Assembly (NCBI GenBank): GCA_964346905.1
Contig: CAYFXH010000001.1
Location: 1,280 to 65,279, forward strand
Direction of reading: 5' to 3'
Length of the DNA: 64,000 bases
Origin: an uncultured Desulfobacteraceae bacterium
GTDB taxonomy: Bacteria; Desulfobacterota; Syntrophobacteria; BM002
The notes beneath the pieces are model-generated. The model saw only the letters and a program-made list of their open reading frames with translations, was not told where the DNA came from and did no database searches. Positions 1 to 8,984 of the stretch are shown one piece after another (positions within the stretch are counted from its first letter, which is position 1; the number at the start of each line of letters is the position of its first letter). The position numbers and the translations under genes were made by a program.

Positions 1-580
1 TCACCGGGTGGATAAATTCAGACCCAGGTGGCATAGTGACATCGAGGTACTGCGGCTCGATGACGATGTCCTGGACAGGCCCCCTGTTGCCGTCGACTTC
101 GCCACAGATGATCGTGATCTTTATGTCATTTTCTAGAGTAACCTCGGGAATTTGGTCGTTTCTCACGTCCCTATAGCGAGGATCCATCATCTTGTGGGAT
201 GCTGGGAGATTGGCCCAAAGTTGAAATCCCCACAGCAGGCCTTGTTCATCTCCCTTGGGCATTTCCTGGTGGATGATGCCGCTGCCTGCTGTCATCCATT
301 GCACCTCGCCAGAGTTGATGATGCCCCTGTTTCCCATGCTATCCCCGTGTTCCACTTCTCCATGAAGTACATAGGTGATGGTCTCGATCCCCCGATGCGG
401 ATGCCATGGAAAACCTTTTAGGTAGTGCTCAGGGTTGTCTGAGTGAAAGTCATCCAGAAGCAAGAACGGGTCGAATACTGGCACCTGACTGAATCCGAAT
501 GCCCGTTTGAGATGTACACCCGCTCCCTCTTTCGTGGGTTTGCTCTGAAGGACTTTGCGGATCTTTCTGGTTTCTTTCAT
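1..580 (-). CDS. Pirin-family cupin protein; 3' end of gene runs off window start
   Basis: Minus-strand reading frame from ATG at ~580 with GGAGGA RBS 6 nt upstream (586-594). Translation MKETRKIRK...GFPWHPHRGIETITYVLHGEVEHGDSMGNRG... carries the pirin His-x-His...Glu cupin signature. Absent from ORF track because it has no stop in window. Confidence 0.7.
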   Translation of the reverse strand, partial: MKETRKIRKVLQSKPTKEGAGVHLKRAFGFSQVPVFDPFLLLDDFHSDNPEHYLKGFPWHPHRGIETITYVLHGEVEHGDSMGNRGIINSGEVQWMTAGSGIIHQEMPKGDEQGLLWGFQLWANLPASHKMMDPRYRDVRNDQIPEVTLENDIKITIICGEVDGNRGPVQDIVIEPQYLDVTMPPGSEFIHPV

Positions 581-666
581 GGTAATACTCCTCCATAGCT
601 GTGGCGATGTCTGATTCTTGGTTTGGTTGAAGCGATGGGAAGTTGCCTCGTAGACGTCTTACTCTG

Positions 667-1119
667 CTAGCGATCTGCCTTGAGCCCGAGCTTTCGACAG
701 AGGCGAGCCAGTTCTTCCTGTTCGGATGCTCTGAGGGAACTCATCTCTCGCACTATGCTTTCAACGTGGCTTGGGAAAATCTCACTGATCCGCTTTTGTC
801 CCTTAGCCGTCAAATGAACCTTTGCGACCCGGCGGTCCTTGAGATCCCGCGTGCGCTTAACAAGCTTTTGCTTTTCAAGGTTGTCGATGACCATAGTCAT
901 ATTTCCACTACTTTTGAGAATCTTCTCCCCAAGATCACGCTGAGACAGGGGACCAAGGTGATACAGTGCTTCCAACACCGCAAACTGGCTCACCGTTAAT
1001 CTCCAACTGGCAAGGTGACGGTGGACGCGTGCAGTCACGGAGTTCGCCGCACGCATCAGCTTGATATAGGCGTCCAACGATCTGACCTCCTGCTTGCTGC
1101 CTTTGTATCGAGTCGCCAC
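667..1119 (-). CDS. MarR-family transcriptional regulator
   Basis: 150 aa; winged-helix region LTVSQFAVLEALYHLGPLSQRDLGEKILKSSGNMTMVIDNLEKQKLVKRTRDLKDRRVAKVHLTAKG typical of MarR. Confidence 0.8.
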   Translation of the reverse strand: MATRYKGSKQEVRSLDAYIKLMRAANSVTARVHRHLASWRLTVSQFAVLEALYHLGPLSQRDLGEKILKSSGNMTMVIDNLEKQKLVKRTRDLKDRRVAKVHLTAKGQKRISEIFPSHVESIVREMSSLRASEQEELARLCRKLGLKADR

Positions 1120-1141
1120 TTTTACCTCAACATTAAATAGT

Positions 1142-1159
1142 TTAATATTAAGTTAACTT
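1142..1159. promoter_or_regulatory. AT-rich perfect palindromes (TTAATATTAA / AAGTTAACTT) immediately upstream of the MarR start; candidate autoregulatory operator
   Basis: Seen directly in sequence 23-40 nt upstream of ATG 1119; MarR proteins bind palindromic operators overlapping their own promoters. Confidence 0.3.
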
Positions 1160-1415
1160 CGAGCTCACCGAAAGTCAAGGGTTTAGGTCAGATTTTCACT
1201 GGCAGAATGAACAGGTGGATTGCTCAGTAGTGATGATGACGAGACTTTGGTAGGAACATTGGGGATGGTGAAACGTACGTGCATTCCAGATGGCCACCGT
1301 GATAGTCATCTGGAATACCCTTGCCCCGCGACAGGAAACAGTCAGGGTGATGAGAAGAAACCAGATTGTGCTCAATCCAGCACGCACTCTAGCAGGCATA
1401 ACGGTAACAGGTGGG

Positions 1416-2426
1416 TCAGGCTTTCACGTCGTTCCGCGATCGTTCAGCGCGCTCCTTAAAACTCATGATTTTTTCTCTGGATTCAGGCTCCAACTTAATC
1501 ACTCTGTCAAAGTCATTGATTGCGCTGGAGTAATTTCCTAAATTTTGCTTTACTAGTGCACGTCTGAAGTAGGCATCGCTGTATTCTGAATGTATCTCAA
1601 TTGCTCTGTCAAAATCTTTTATCGCCCCGCGGTTATCTCCTAAATTTTCCTTTGCTATTCCTCGATTGCAATACGCCTCAACAAACTGCGAATTCAAATC
1701 AATTGCTTTGTTATAATCTTTTATCGCCTCAATAAAAATCATTTGCTTTGACTTTATATTCCCACGATTATTATACGCATTGGCATATTTCGGATTTATT
1801 TCAATTGCTTTATTATAGTCTTCGTTGGCTCCTTTTAGATCTTTAACTCTTTCTCTTGCCATTCCCCGGCTATTTAACACGTGAGCTAGAAGACAAACAA
1901 CCGGGTACTCTACAAAATATTGGTCCTCTAAATCACAGTCAAAGGCAAGCGGATCTGTGTTGTCAATATTGTATGTGGCTTCGTCTACCTTTAATCTGTT
2001 TAGAATATGACTGTCACTCACCACGATTGTGAGATTCAGACCTTCTCTTAGCCCTAAGACGGTATACAGGGCGGTCAGCCCAACACATGAACCAATCGTT
2101 TGATGTATGTCGGAGTTTAATTGGGCGTCGATCACATCTGTCAATAGGAAATTACTGTCGCATCTCTTCGGTTTGGTGTTCCAGAGATATTCAAAAAGTA
2201 ATTTGGCTCTGGTGGCGGCCATATGTTTTCTTAATACCGGCAGACTCAATGGACTTTTGACTGTTACGTTTTCAATAAATTCATTGTGAATCCGGTCCAG
2301 TTTTCGGCTGTACTCTGCAATCTCTCGTTCGGCTCTCAATCCTGAGAGTATGAGCAGACCTCTCTCCAGAGAAACACTCTTGCCTTCTTTGATGTCTTGA
2401 ATGAGTTGCGCTTCTAGATTGACCAT
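1416..2426 (-). CDS. Transglutaminase-like (Cys-His-Asp) N-terminal domain fused to C-terminal TPR repeats (SirB1/YchA-like architecture)
   Basis: C-terminal half has repeated A-x-x-x-Y-x-x-R-G / AI-x-D-x-x-x-AI TPR units. N-terminal half has GSCVG...DSHIL...NIDNTD spacing consistent with a transglutaminase-like triad. Confidence 0.5.
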   Translation of the reverse strand: MVNLEAQLIQDIKEGKSVSLERGLLILSGLRAEREIAEYSRKLDRIHNEFIENVTVKSPLSLPVLRKHMAATRAKLLFEYLWNTKPKRCDSNFLLTDVIDAQLNSDIHQTIGSCVGLTALYTVLGLREGLNLTIVVSDSHILNRLKVDEATYNIDNTDPLAFDCDLEDQYFVEYPVVCLLAHVLNSRGMARERVKDLKGANEDYNKAIEINPKYANAYNNRGNIKSKQMIFIEAIKDYNKAIDLNSQFVEAYCNRGIAKENLGDNRGAIKDFDRAIEIHSEYSDAYFRRALVKQNLGNYSSAINDFDRVIKLEPESREKIMSFKERAERSRNDVKA

Positions 2427-2956
2427 TTGTGCCGTGTTTAATTCTGATTCCTAGCAGTTAGGTACCGATTGACTTCACCTTGATTGTTTCAACCGTAGCA
2501 TACCATCGTTGCTGAGGTCAAAAGCATAACTCACATGTGTACATACCCGAATCGAGGAATTCAAGAATCCAGGAATTCAAACAATGAAGATTTTCAAAAT
2601 TACAGACTTTAATCCGCAATCAAAAAATCATGTAGGCACCAGCCAATGTGTAATTTCGAAAACGGTTATGTACTTTGCTCCGCAGGATAGCTACACGGCT
2701 CCTGGCTCCTCGAGAGAATGTGACGCAATCCGTCATCCCGGCCAAGTCAGCCTGCTCCGGACGCGAGCCGGGATCCAGACGACGTCTCCTCCGCGAACGC
2801 GGGGAACCAGACACCAAATGACGTCATTGTAGCTTATTGGATTCCGGATCTCGCCCCGCGAAGCGGTGCTCGTCCGGAATGACGGGTTCGGCCAATTGTG
2901 ACATAGTTCCAAGGGGAGAGGAGGTTTTTGTAGAGTTACTCACATAACCGTTTTTC

Positions 2957-3062
2957 GATATTCGAAATTCTCGAGCCTTGCACCTTGTACCTTGCGCCTT
3001 CTGCCCGCTGCCCTCTGCCTTCTGCTCCATGCTCTATGCCCCATGCCCCATGCTCCCTGCTA
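2957..3062. repeat. Phased degenerate heptanucleotide tandem array (ccttgca/ccttgta/ccttgcg/ccttctg/cccgctg/ccctctg/.../ccccatg x2)
   Basis: About 12 consecutive 7-nt units kept in phase, seen directly; non-coding region 2430-3275. Confidence 0.7.
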
Positions 3063-3275
3063 AATGTTGCGACACATCCCACACCCCGTAAGCCTCAGTG
3101 TTCTTGGTGGATACACACCCAAACTGGGTGAAACCATGAACCATTTACTTGTGTGAAATGATGTTTACTATTACTATTGCGTCTGGCGGGTTCGTACAGG
3201 ATAATATTTCAAAACGTTCAGCGTTCAATTTGAACCAAAGGCAATCACTGTCTTGCCTAGTCACGGAGATTCAGG

Positions 3276-3902
3276 ATGAAAAAATCCATGTTCTTTTCGA
3301 TGCTGCTTGCCATTTTTTTCTGTGGTCCTGCCCAAAGCTTGGCAGAAAAAGCTCCGCAAAAGATCGCCGGGTTCGTGCTTGGCGACCAAGTTGCCCTGTA
3401 CATTGACCTGATTCGCATGGAGACGACTATGCCGATTCGTGATCAGCAGTATCTTCGTATAGCACAGACGAAAGATCTCGACGGCTACAAGAGTGGCACC
3501 ATCGCATTTGCCAACTGCGCTGAGCCGGGGCGAATCGTCCGAATCAAACTAAAATACGCTTTTTCGGACAAAGAGTTTTACAACGAGCTCCTGGAGCGAT
3601 TTAAAAAAAACTTCGGGGAACCGGATGAGTGGCGTGGAGACCCTTTCCACGTGATTATAGCCTGGAAATGGGCTTTCAGAAATGAGGCCAACAACAAAAT
3701 CAGTCTCACCCTTCAGCATAGCAGGGATGAGGAATATAAGTGGGGCAACTCGGTGAAGTTGACCAACACAACGCTTGTGGAGAAAGAACGGCTCTGTTAC
3801 CAGCAGAAAAAACCTGGGAAATCCGATGAGCAGAAAAGCGGTTTTGGCGCCAAGAAGAAAAGCCTGACAGAAAAAGACTACCAGCGATTCGTTCCAGAAT
3901 AG
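3276..3902 (+). CDS. Hypothetical secreted protein (N-terminal signal peptide)
   Basis: 208 aa; MKKSMFFSMLLAIFFCGPAQSLA signal sequence; no recognisable domain by eye. Confidence 0.5.
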   Translation: MKKSMFFSMLLAIFFCGPAQSLAEKAPQKIAGFVLGDQVALYIDLIRMETTMPIRDQQYLRIAQTKDLDGYKSGTIAFANCAEPGRIVRIKLKYAFSDKEFYNELLERFKKNFGEPDEWRGDPFHVIIAWKWAFRNEANNKISLTLQHSRDEEYKWGNSVKLTNTTLVEKERLCYQQKKPGKSDEQKSGFGAKKKSLTEKDYQRFVPE

Positions 3903-3921
3903 ATTTCCACCATACAGCTGC

Positions 3922-3952
3922 AGGGTGGGCGATGCCCACCCTACGTTTTTCT
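3922..3952 (+). terminator. Rho-independent terminator-like hairpin (AGGGTGGGC-GAT-GCCCACCCT followed by ACGTTTTTCT)
   Basis: 9-bp GC-rich perfect stem, 3-nt loop, T-run; 20 nt after stop of 3276..3902. The same palindrome recurs at 8951-8967. Confidence 0.5.
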
Positions 3953-3960
3953 AAAACGGT

Positions 3961-4079
3961 TAAAATCTAAAATCCTCAATTCCCACATTCGCAGTTCGAA
4001 ATTCGAAATTCGAAATTACTTCCCTATGCCCCATGCTCTATGCCCTATGCCCTATGCCTGCTTTAGCCACCTTAGACAC
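3961..4079. repeat. Phased heptamer tandem array (taaaatc x2 ... tcgaaat x3 ... ctatgcc x4 ...), about 17 units
   Basis: Units stay in 7-nt register across 119 nt; same words (tcgaaat, ccctatg) recur at 5569-6050, 7086-7140 and 7741-7960. Confidence 0.7.
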
Positions 4080-4080
4080 C

Positions 4081-5499
4081 TCACATAAGTGCGCTGGCCG
4101 CTGCACGGGCTATTTCAAGAAGATAGCGTGGGAATACACCCACCACCACCATTACGGTTACCAGACCCCCCGTGAGCACCTTGGTGGGAATGGACAATTG
4201 AAGTCGAGGCAAACGTTCATCCGACTCTAACAGGTAGGCGGCCCTGACTATCAAAATGTAGTAATACAGGGAAATTACCACATTGACCATTGCGATGAGC
4301 ACTAACATGAAGTACCCCTTTTTCATGGCGGCGATAAAGACCAGAAATTTGGCGGTGAAGCCGATGGTCGGGGGAATGCCGGCCAGTCCGAACATTCCGA
4401 GCATCAGGGCCATGGCAAGCATGGGGGAGCGGCGGTGTAATCCTGCCAGTTGGGCAATCTGCAAGTCACTGCCGTCATATGCCACCTTCACCACCACCAG
4501 AAAGCAGGTAAACTTCATCACTAGATAGGCCACAGCATAAAAAATCGCACCGGCATAGCCGTTTTGATTCATGCTGAGAATCCCGATCAGAACGTAGCCG
4601 GCATGGGAAATGCTTGAGTACGCCAACAGCCGCTTCATGTCCTTCTGCACAATCGCCACCAAATTCCCCAAGGTCATTGAGGCTATTGAAAGCGTAACCA
4701 GCACGTGAGCCAGATAGGTGCTGCTACCTGTGCTCAGGGCTACCGTCCTCATAAGGATTGCCACCGCCGCAACCTTGGAGGCCGTGGCAATATAGGCGGT
4801 GACCTGATTGGCAGCCCCCTGGTATGCGTCCGGGGCCCAGAAATGAAATGGGAAGACGGCAAGCTTAAAGAAGAAGCCGCACAGAGTGAGGAGCAACCCG
4901 ATGATGGCTGCCGGCCTCCCAATTGCACCGGGAAGCACCTTGATAATTTCCGCCACATAGGTGGTGTGGATAACCCCGTAGAGTGAGGCAATGCCAAAAA
5001 GCATCACCGCCGAGGCAAAAGCTCCCACCAGGAAATACTTAATGCCCGACTCCACATGTACGCCGTAACCCCTCCTGAGAGGAACCAATATGTAGAGCGA
5101 ATAACTGGAGAGTTCCAGAGCGACGTAGATGGTCAGCAACTCAACGCTGCTTACCAGTAGCATCATCGCCAGGGTGCATGTGCTCAAAAGGAGGTAGAAT
5201 TCTGGGTGGTGCCGCTCCTCTATACCATTAAGCTCAGAGCAGATACAGATCACGAGAAACAGACCCATGGCCAGAATGACCTTGAAAACCTGAGAAAAGA
5301 GATCCACCCGATAGACCTTAAAAAAGAGCGTTCCTTCCAGCCTAACTGAGGCCAAACACACTGCCACACCCACAGAGGCCAGGAAGAGGGCGATGAAGTA
5401 ATCCCTCCTAGGATTGGGTCGCACCACCAAAGCCAGGCTAAAGAAAACCGCGATCATGAACAAGAAATATAATTCAGGTATGAAGAGAGACCAATTCAC
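4081..5499 (-). CDS. nuoN: NADH-quinone oxidoreductase subunit N
   Basis: 472 aa, 14 TM-like segments; FPFHFWAPDAYQGA, ATASKVAA, KRLLAYSSISHAGY motifs align to NuoN (E. coli FHLWTPDVYQGAP / KRLLGYSSISHLGY). Confidence 0.85.
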   Translation of the reverse strand: MNWSLFIPELYFLFMIAVFFSLALVVRPNPRRDYFIALFLASVGVAVCLASVRLEGTLFFKVYRVDLFSQVFKVILAMGLFLVICICSELNGIEERHHPEFYLLLSTCTLAMMLLVSSVELLTIYVALELSSYSLYILVPLRRGYGVHVESGIKYFLVGAFASAVMLFGIASLYGVIHTTYVAEIIKVLPGAIGRPAAIIGLLLTLCGFFFKLAVFPFHFWAPDAYQGAANQVTAYIATASKVAAVAILMRTVALSTGSSTYLAHVLVTLSIASMTLGNLVAIVQKDMKRLLAYSSISHAGYVLIGILSMNQNGYAGAIFYAVAYLVMKFTCFLVVVKVAYDGSDLQIAQLAGLHRRSPMLAMALMLGMFGLAGIPPTIGFTAKFLVFIAAMKKGYFMLVLIAMVNVVISLYYYILIVRAAYLLESDERLPRLQLSIPTKVLTGGLVTVMVVVGVFPRYLLEIARAAASALM

Positions 5500-5568
5500 G
5501 GCTTCAACCTATATTGATCCGGAATGTACTGAGCTTGATTACAGTTTCACTACACGTCTAATCTGGCA

Positions 5569-5625
5569 TTAAATTCGAAATACGAAGCACGAAACAAATC
5601 CGAAATACGAATGTTCAAATGCTCC
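5569..5625. repeat. Heptamer array (cgaaata/cgaagca/cgaaaca/aatccga/aatacga); left arm of inverted repeat flanking 4HB gene
   Basis: Reverse-complementary in composition to 5976-6050 (gatttcg/aatttcg units). Confidence 0.6.
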
Positions 5626-5630
5626 AAAGA

Positions 5631-5996
5631 CTACTGACTCTTCTGCAATATGGCACCGAAAATATTCATCAGTTCGGTAGCTTCAATGATCAAAGTGTCT
5701 CGATCTTTTTCCTGTTCTTGATCTTTATTAGTGTCGACCAACCTTAGCCAATACCGGCTTTCTTTGGCCTCTTTACGGCAGATCTTGATTCGCATAATGA
5801 AGTCTTTTTTGCTGAGAGACTCATTAGCTTCAATGTAGTTCGATCCAACAGAGCCAGATGCCTTAACCAATTGTTTTCCATCTTCGATATTTGTAATAGT
5901 CCTCGGTAGTCTCTTTACGAAGGCCCTGACTTCCCTGGCAAAAGCCAGGGTGCGGTCTTCAAAATCATACTGTTTTGAATTTCGAATTTTGGACAT
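5631..5996 (-). CDS. Four-helix-bundle protein (23S rRNA intervening-sequence protein family, TIGR02436-like)
   Basis: 121 aa; motif KASGSVGSNYIEANES plus KICRKEAKESRYWLRL helices typical of IVS-encoded 4HB proteins. Sits on the same strand as the nuo genes, between nuoK and nuoN, flanked by inverted heptamer arrays. Confidence 0.7.
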   Translation of the reverse strand: MSKIRNSKQYDFEDRTLAFAREVRAFVKRLPRTITNIEDGKQLVKASGSVGSNYIEANESLSKKDFIMRIKICRKEAKESRYWLRLVDTNKDQEQEKDRDTLIIEATELMNIFGAILQKSQ

Positions 5997-6050
5997 TAGA
6001 ATTTGTTTCGGATTTCGATATTCGGATTTCGGATTTATTCCGCCTCAGGG
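5976..6050. repeat. Heptamer array (tgaattt/cgaattt/.../gatttcg x3); right arm of inverted repeat flanking 4HB gene
   Basis: Seen directly; overlaps 4HB start codon region. Confidence 0.6.
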
Positions 6051-6101
6051 TGTCCGTGTCTCCTTTTTCCCTTTTTTTTCTCGTTGCGATCGCCAGTTCC
6101 T

Positions 6102-6407
6102 TTACCATTTCAAAATGTTATAAGTTTCCGGGTTCAATGAACCCGTCCGCCTGTAGGCATAGACAATTAACGCCAGTCCCACCGAGACTTCTGCTGCTGC
6201 GATCGCAAAGATGAAAAGCACGAAGACCTGTCCCTCCAGCTGTTGCCAGCGTAGCGCTGCAGCGACAAAGGCCAGTGCGGCTGCATTCAGCATGATTTCC
6301 ACACCAATGAGCATCATGATCAGGTTGCGGCGGGCCACTGCGCAAACCACCCCCATCGCAAAAAGTATCCCTGCTAAAACCAAAACATGGCTGTAAGGCA
6401 CAATCAT
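6102..6407 (-). CDS. nuoK: NADH-quinone oxidoreductase subunit K
   Basis: 101 aa, 3 TM; LIGVEIMLNAAALAFVA motif; 4-nt overlap with nuoJ. Confidence 0.9.
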   Translation of the reverse strand: MIVPYSHVLVLAGILFAMGVVCAVARRNLIMMLIGVEIMLNAAALAFVAAALRWQQLEGQVFVLFIFAIAAAEVSVGLALIVYAYRRTGSLNPETYNILKW

Positions 6408-6931
6408 GATTCATCCTCTTTACGGTCGCCGCTCTCCTGTACATAGGCTTTGCCCAGATACAGAGCGCCGATCAGGGCTATAAGCAGCAGGAATGAGATG
6501 ATCTCCACTGAAAGCCAGTATTTCTGGAAAAGAAATCGCCCGAACACCCTCGGCTTTGCCAGGGCTGTTTCCAGAATCGTCTGGCTGCCTGGGTCTGTAG
6601 TAACTACAAGAACTGTAACAGCAAGATAGACAATGCCTAAGATACCGGCTGGGAACCATTCTCGTAGTGACGGCCTACGCAGGGCCGACGGTTCCACCCG
6701 AAGCATCATGATGATAAAAAGAAACAGGACCATAACTGCCCCGGCATAGATAATAATTTCCAGTGCGGCCAGAAGCGGTGCCCCGAAAAGATAATAGAGC
6801 ATGGCGCTCCCGAAGAAGGAGATGATCAAATAGACCACCGCATGCACCAGATTTTGCCGGGTAATGGCTAGCCCGGTGGCAACCAAAATCACGCCGGCTA
6901 AGACATAAAAAATGGCAGCATAAATGGTCAT
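6404..6931 (-). CDS. nuoJ: NADH-quinone oxidoreductase subunit J
   Basis: 175 aa multi-TM protein directly upstream of nuoK in conserved order. Confidence 0.85.
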   Translation of the reverse strand: MTIYAAIFYVLAGVILVATGLAITRQNLVHAVVYLIISFFGSAMLYYLFGAPLLAALEIIIYAGAVMVLFLFIIMMLRVEPSALRRPSLREWFPAGILGIVYLAVTVLVVTTDPGSQTILETALAKPRVFGRFLFQKYWLSVEIISFLLLIALIGALYLGKAYVQESGDRKEDES

Positions 6932-6944
6932 TCTCTTACCTTAA

Positions 6945-7140
6945 TCAGTAGTCAGTAGTCAGTAGTCAGAGAGGCATAGGGCTCAAGGCTCAGGGCGCAA
7001 GGAAAAAATTTCGTCTTCTACTGCCTTTAGCCTTACGCCTTGTGCCGTGCGCCTTTCATCAATCTGCAATCTGCAATCTCAAATCTGAAATCCCCTAATT
7101 CCGAAATCCGCAATTACTTCCCTATGCATGCTGTCTCGAG
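6945..7140. repeat. Long composite heptamer array in nuoJ-nuoI spacer (cagtagt x3, gctcaag/gctcagg, tagcctt/acgcctt/gcgcctt, tctgcaa x2/tctcaaa/tctgaaa, ccgaaat)
   Basis: Seen directly; ~200 nt of non-coding DNA inside an otherwise tightly coupled operon. Confidence 0.7.
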
Positions 7141-7148
7141 TCTCCCTC

Positions 7149-7685
7149 TCACGGCAAATTGCTTTTTATGTTCACCGGTTTATCTTCTTTCACGTGTGCT
7201 CCTTTGCCGCCAACCTCGGTTACCACTCCAGCGTATTTATAGAAGTTGTACTCGTTATTTTTGCCGCCGTGATCCACCAGAAGATCTTCTTTTTCATAGA
7301 CGAGTTTCAAAATGTCGCGCTCACATGTCTCAAAATAGGGCGTTAGTTGGATCGCCAGGGTGGGACACGCCTCTTCGCAAAGTCCACAGTAGATGCAGCG
7401 GGCAAAGTTGATGCGAAACCAGCGGGCGTAGCGGCGGCCATCCTCCTGCTCTGCCGATTGCATGGAGATGCAACTTACCGGGCAAACGGCCGAGCACAGG
7501 TAGCAGGCGACACAGCGCTCACCACCATCGGGATCCCGCGTAAGGATGATTACTGCCCGTGACCGCTCCGGCAGAGGCCGCTTGTACTCTGGGTATTCCT
7601 CGGTAATGGGTTTGCGAAAGAGATGCTTAAATGTAGTAGCAAACCCACTAGCCAAGGCCTTTAATGCTTCCAAGGTCGCCTGCAC
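7149..7685 (-). CDS. nuoI: NADH-quinone oxidoreductase subunit I (2x[4Fe-4S] ferredoxin)
   Basis: 178 aa; CVACYLCSAVCP and CIYCGLCEEACP cluster motifs. Confidence 0.9.
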   Translation of the reverse strand: MQATLEALKALASGFATTFKHLFRKPITEEYPEYKRPLPERSRAVIILTRDPDGGERCVACYLCSAVCPVSCISMQSAEQEDGRRYARWFRINFARCIYCGLCEEACPTLAIQLTPYFETCERDILKLVYEKEDLLVDHGGKNNEYNFYKYAGVVTEVGGKGAHVKEDKPVNIKSNLP

Positions 7686-7740
7686 GAAAACCCCTCTAAA
7701 CTTTTGATTGCAGTCCTACTTCATAATCTGCGCTGTTAGG

Positions 7741-7960
7741 CCTTGCAAATTCGAATATCGAAATTCGAAATCCGAAACAATGTTCAAATTCTCAAAATTG
7801 GTCCTCCGGATCCCCCAGCATACGGGCGGGTCCCAGTTTCGAATGACCAAAACTTAATACAAAGGCTTTCATTCAGAGTTGTTTTGAATATTGGAGCATT
7901 TGAATTTCGAATTTGTTTGGAAATTCGTGCTTCGGATTTCGGATTTTTAGATCAAAAGAA
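7741..7960. repeat. Inverted pair of tcgaaat/ccgaaac heptamer arrays (7741-7800 and 7890-7950) in nuoI-nuoH spacer
   Basis: Arms are reverse complements in composition (attcgaa... vs ...ttcggat). ORF 7743..8042 inside it is judged spurious. Confidence 0.6.
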
Positions 7961-8930
7961 CTGCTCCCGTCACCATGATGTTCAGCAGGGCCAGGGGTAC
8001 CAGAACCTTCCAGCCCAGGTGCATGAGTTGATCATAGCGTAGTCGTGGCAAAGTCCCCCTCACCCAAATCATGAGGATGGCAACCACAAGGATTTTAATC
8101 AGGAACCACACCACTGGTGGCAGTATGGGCCCGCGCCATCCCCCCAAGAAAAAGACGGCCACTAGCGCCCCGAATACCTGCAGATTCACGTATTCTCCGA
8201 GGAAAAACAGGCCAAAGCGCATTCCGCTATATTCTGTGTGGTAACCGGCGCCCAGTTCATTTTCCGCCTCTGGAAGGTCGAAGGGAATACGCTTGGTCTC
8301 GGCCATGGCGCTGATAAGAAAGATGGCGAAAGAGACCGGCTGCACCAGAACGAAGGGATAGTCAGCCTGGGCGCGGACAATGTCCACCAGGCTGAAGGAA
8401 CGTGCCAGCATAACTATGGGAACCAAGGAAAGCCCCAAAGAGAGCTCGTAGCTGATCATTTGGGCGGCACCACGAATACCACCCAAAAGACTGTATTTTG
8501 AGTTTGAAGCCCAGCCTCCCAGGGCAACTCCGTACACACCCAGAGAAGCCAGAGCAAACACATAAAGCAATCCTACATTCAGATCCGTGATCACAAGAGG
8601 AATTGTCTTCCCGAGAACGGTTACACTGGCACCAAAGGGGACAACTGCAAAGATAAGCAGTGCCTCGGCAGCAACCACTGCCGGAGCCAAAAGGAAAAGA
8701 GCACGGTCTGCGGCCTCAGGAACCGTATCCTCTTTGGTCAACATCTTGACAGTGTCGGCAAGGGGTTGCAGCAAGCCAAACTTTCCAGCCCGATTCGGCC
8801 CGTAGCGAATTTGTAGCCGGCCAAGGAATTTTCTCTCCAGCAGCACCAGGTAGGCAGCCAGGAGAAGCAGTCCAACCAGAACCACCCCCAGTTTTACGAT
8901 GAGCAGGATGAATCCGATAAGCCAGGTCAT
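7947..8930 (-). CDS. nuoH: NADH-quinone oxidoreductase subunit H
   Basis: 327 aa, 8 TM; LLERKFLGRLQIRYGPNR and EAENELGAGYHTEYSGMRFGLFFLGEY motifs. Confidence 0.9.
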   Translation of the reverse strand: MTWLIGFILLIVKLGVVLVGLLLLAAYLVLLERKFLGRLQIRYGPNRAGKFGLLQPLADTVKMLTKEDTVPEAADRALFLLAPAVVAAEALLIFAVVPFGASVTVLGKTIPLVITDLNVGLLYVFALASLGVYGVALGGWASNSKYSLLGGIRGAAQMISYELSLGLSLVPIVMLARSFSLVDIVRAQADYPFVLVQPVSFAIFLISAMAETKRIPFDLPEAENELGAGYHTEYSGMRFGLFFLGEYVNLQVFGALVAVFFLGGWRGPILPPVVWFLIKILVVAILMIWVRGTLPRLRYDQLMHLGWKVLVPLALLNIMVTGAVLLI

Positions 8931-8950
8931 AGGATTCCGTTCTCATGGAT

Positions 8951-8967
8951 GGTGGGCATCGCCCACC
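8951..8967. repeat. GGTGGGCATCGCCCACC palindrome (second copy of the 3922-3942 hairpin)
   Basis: Exact reverse complement of the element at 3924-3940. Confidence 0.6.
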
Positions 8968-8984
8968 AAACGGTTATTTCATGA

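Noticed and set aside
152-421. Plus-strand ORF (89 aa)
   Set aside because: Antisense to the better-supported pirin gene (RBS, conserved cupin motifs); shadow ORF.
2584-3030. Small ORFs (82, 65, 68 aa) in the region downstream of the TPR gene
   Set aside because: Lie in or adjacent to the heptamer repeat region, low-complexity Arg/Ser-rich translations, no RBS.
2957-7140. Possibility that the short tandem arrays are CRISPR arrays
   Set aside because: Unit length is 7 nt with no unique spacers, and there are no cas genes; these are micro-/minisatellite-like arrays.
7743-8042. Plus-strand ORF 99 aa between nuoI and nuoH
   Set aside because: Entirely within inverted heptamer arrays and overlapping the nuoH 3 end; repeat-derived.
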